Positions 63,431 through 64,000 of a stretch of DNA of 64,000 bases are shown piece after piece. Position 1 is the first letter of the stretch; each line of letters opens with the position of its first letter. This DNA comes from Vicugna vicugna. Lineage: Eukaryota. The translations under genes and the position numbers were made by a program. The stretch covers positions 1,178,001-1,242,000 of the forward strand of contig MU057865.1 in the NCBI GenBank assembly GCA_013265495.1, in the 5' to 3' direction. A model generated the notes under the pieces. The model made no database searches, was not told the DNA's origin, and saw only the letters and a list, made by a program, of their open reading frames with translations.

Positions 63431-64000
63431 TGGTAAGTAAGTGCAACGTGCCAGGGCGGCTCCGAGACGAAAGACATCATGGTGGATTCTCAGACGCAAC
63501 AAGAAGGAGGAGTTGTTGGTAAGCTGGGCTGGAAGCAAGAGAGGGAGTCAGAGGATGGAGATGGGGAGGAAGGGGGATACTAGATGGACTTTTAGTTGAG
63601 AGAGACAGAATGAATAATAGATCAAAAAAGAGAAAGTTCACAGAATGAGCTATTTGGAATGGAAAAATGACGTGTGGTCATGGGGAGTAACGTTTTTCTT
63701 TTACAATGAGGACCACTCACTTCTTTAGACAATCTCACACACAGTTCCATGGTTTGACAATTTGACATTGTGACCTTAGAGTGTAACTCTTTTGAATTAA
63801 TTGCAATTTCCAAAATAGGGAACTTTGCTCAAATGTGTGACTTTCTTGTCCTCATTTGAAAATAGAGTAAGGTCTTAAAATAATAAGAAACTTAAAGCAT
63901 TATTGTAATTGTTAGATGAAATAAATATGTAAGAATTTAACATAAAGTAGCCTCAGTTCTCCTTTCTTAGAAATGTATTCAAGTTGAGTGTCACAATAGT

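Noticed and set aside
1..64000. ORF track as evidence for genes or an operon-like system
   Set aside because: The ORFs are short, often start at non-ATG codons, have no recognisable homology, and many overlap repeats. This is eukaryotic non-coding DNA.

Overview
This is mammalian nuclear DNA, most likely camelid. The evidence is the tRNA-Ala-derived vic-1-type SINEs and the cetartiodactyl-type L1 3' ends. It comes from a draft assembly, with a 363-N gap at 62143-62505. I recognise no protein-coding gene, RNA gene or CRISPR array, and the ORF track is almost entirely chance ORFs or repeat-derived. The window reads as intergenic or deep-intronic sequence made of layered transposon remnants (L1 of several ages, L2, MIR, hAT MITEs, MaLR and ERV1 LTRs), microsatellites and a few CpG-rich or enhancer-like patches. 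The best-supported observations are two twin-primed (5'-inverted) L1 insertions with target-site duplications (TSDs), an orphan poly(A)-derived insertion with a TSD, and nested elements. There is also an unexplained ~200-bp direct duplication 1.4 kb apart that is gap-free over 135 nt. Several unconfirmed splice-competent segments occur, including a possible terminal exon with an 87-codon frame and poly(A) signal, and a recursive-splice-like motif. I cannot support a new biological system from this sequence alone. Repeat family names come from my memory of consensus sequences and need RepeatMasker/Dfam confirmation.
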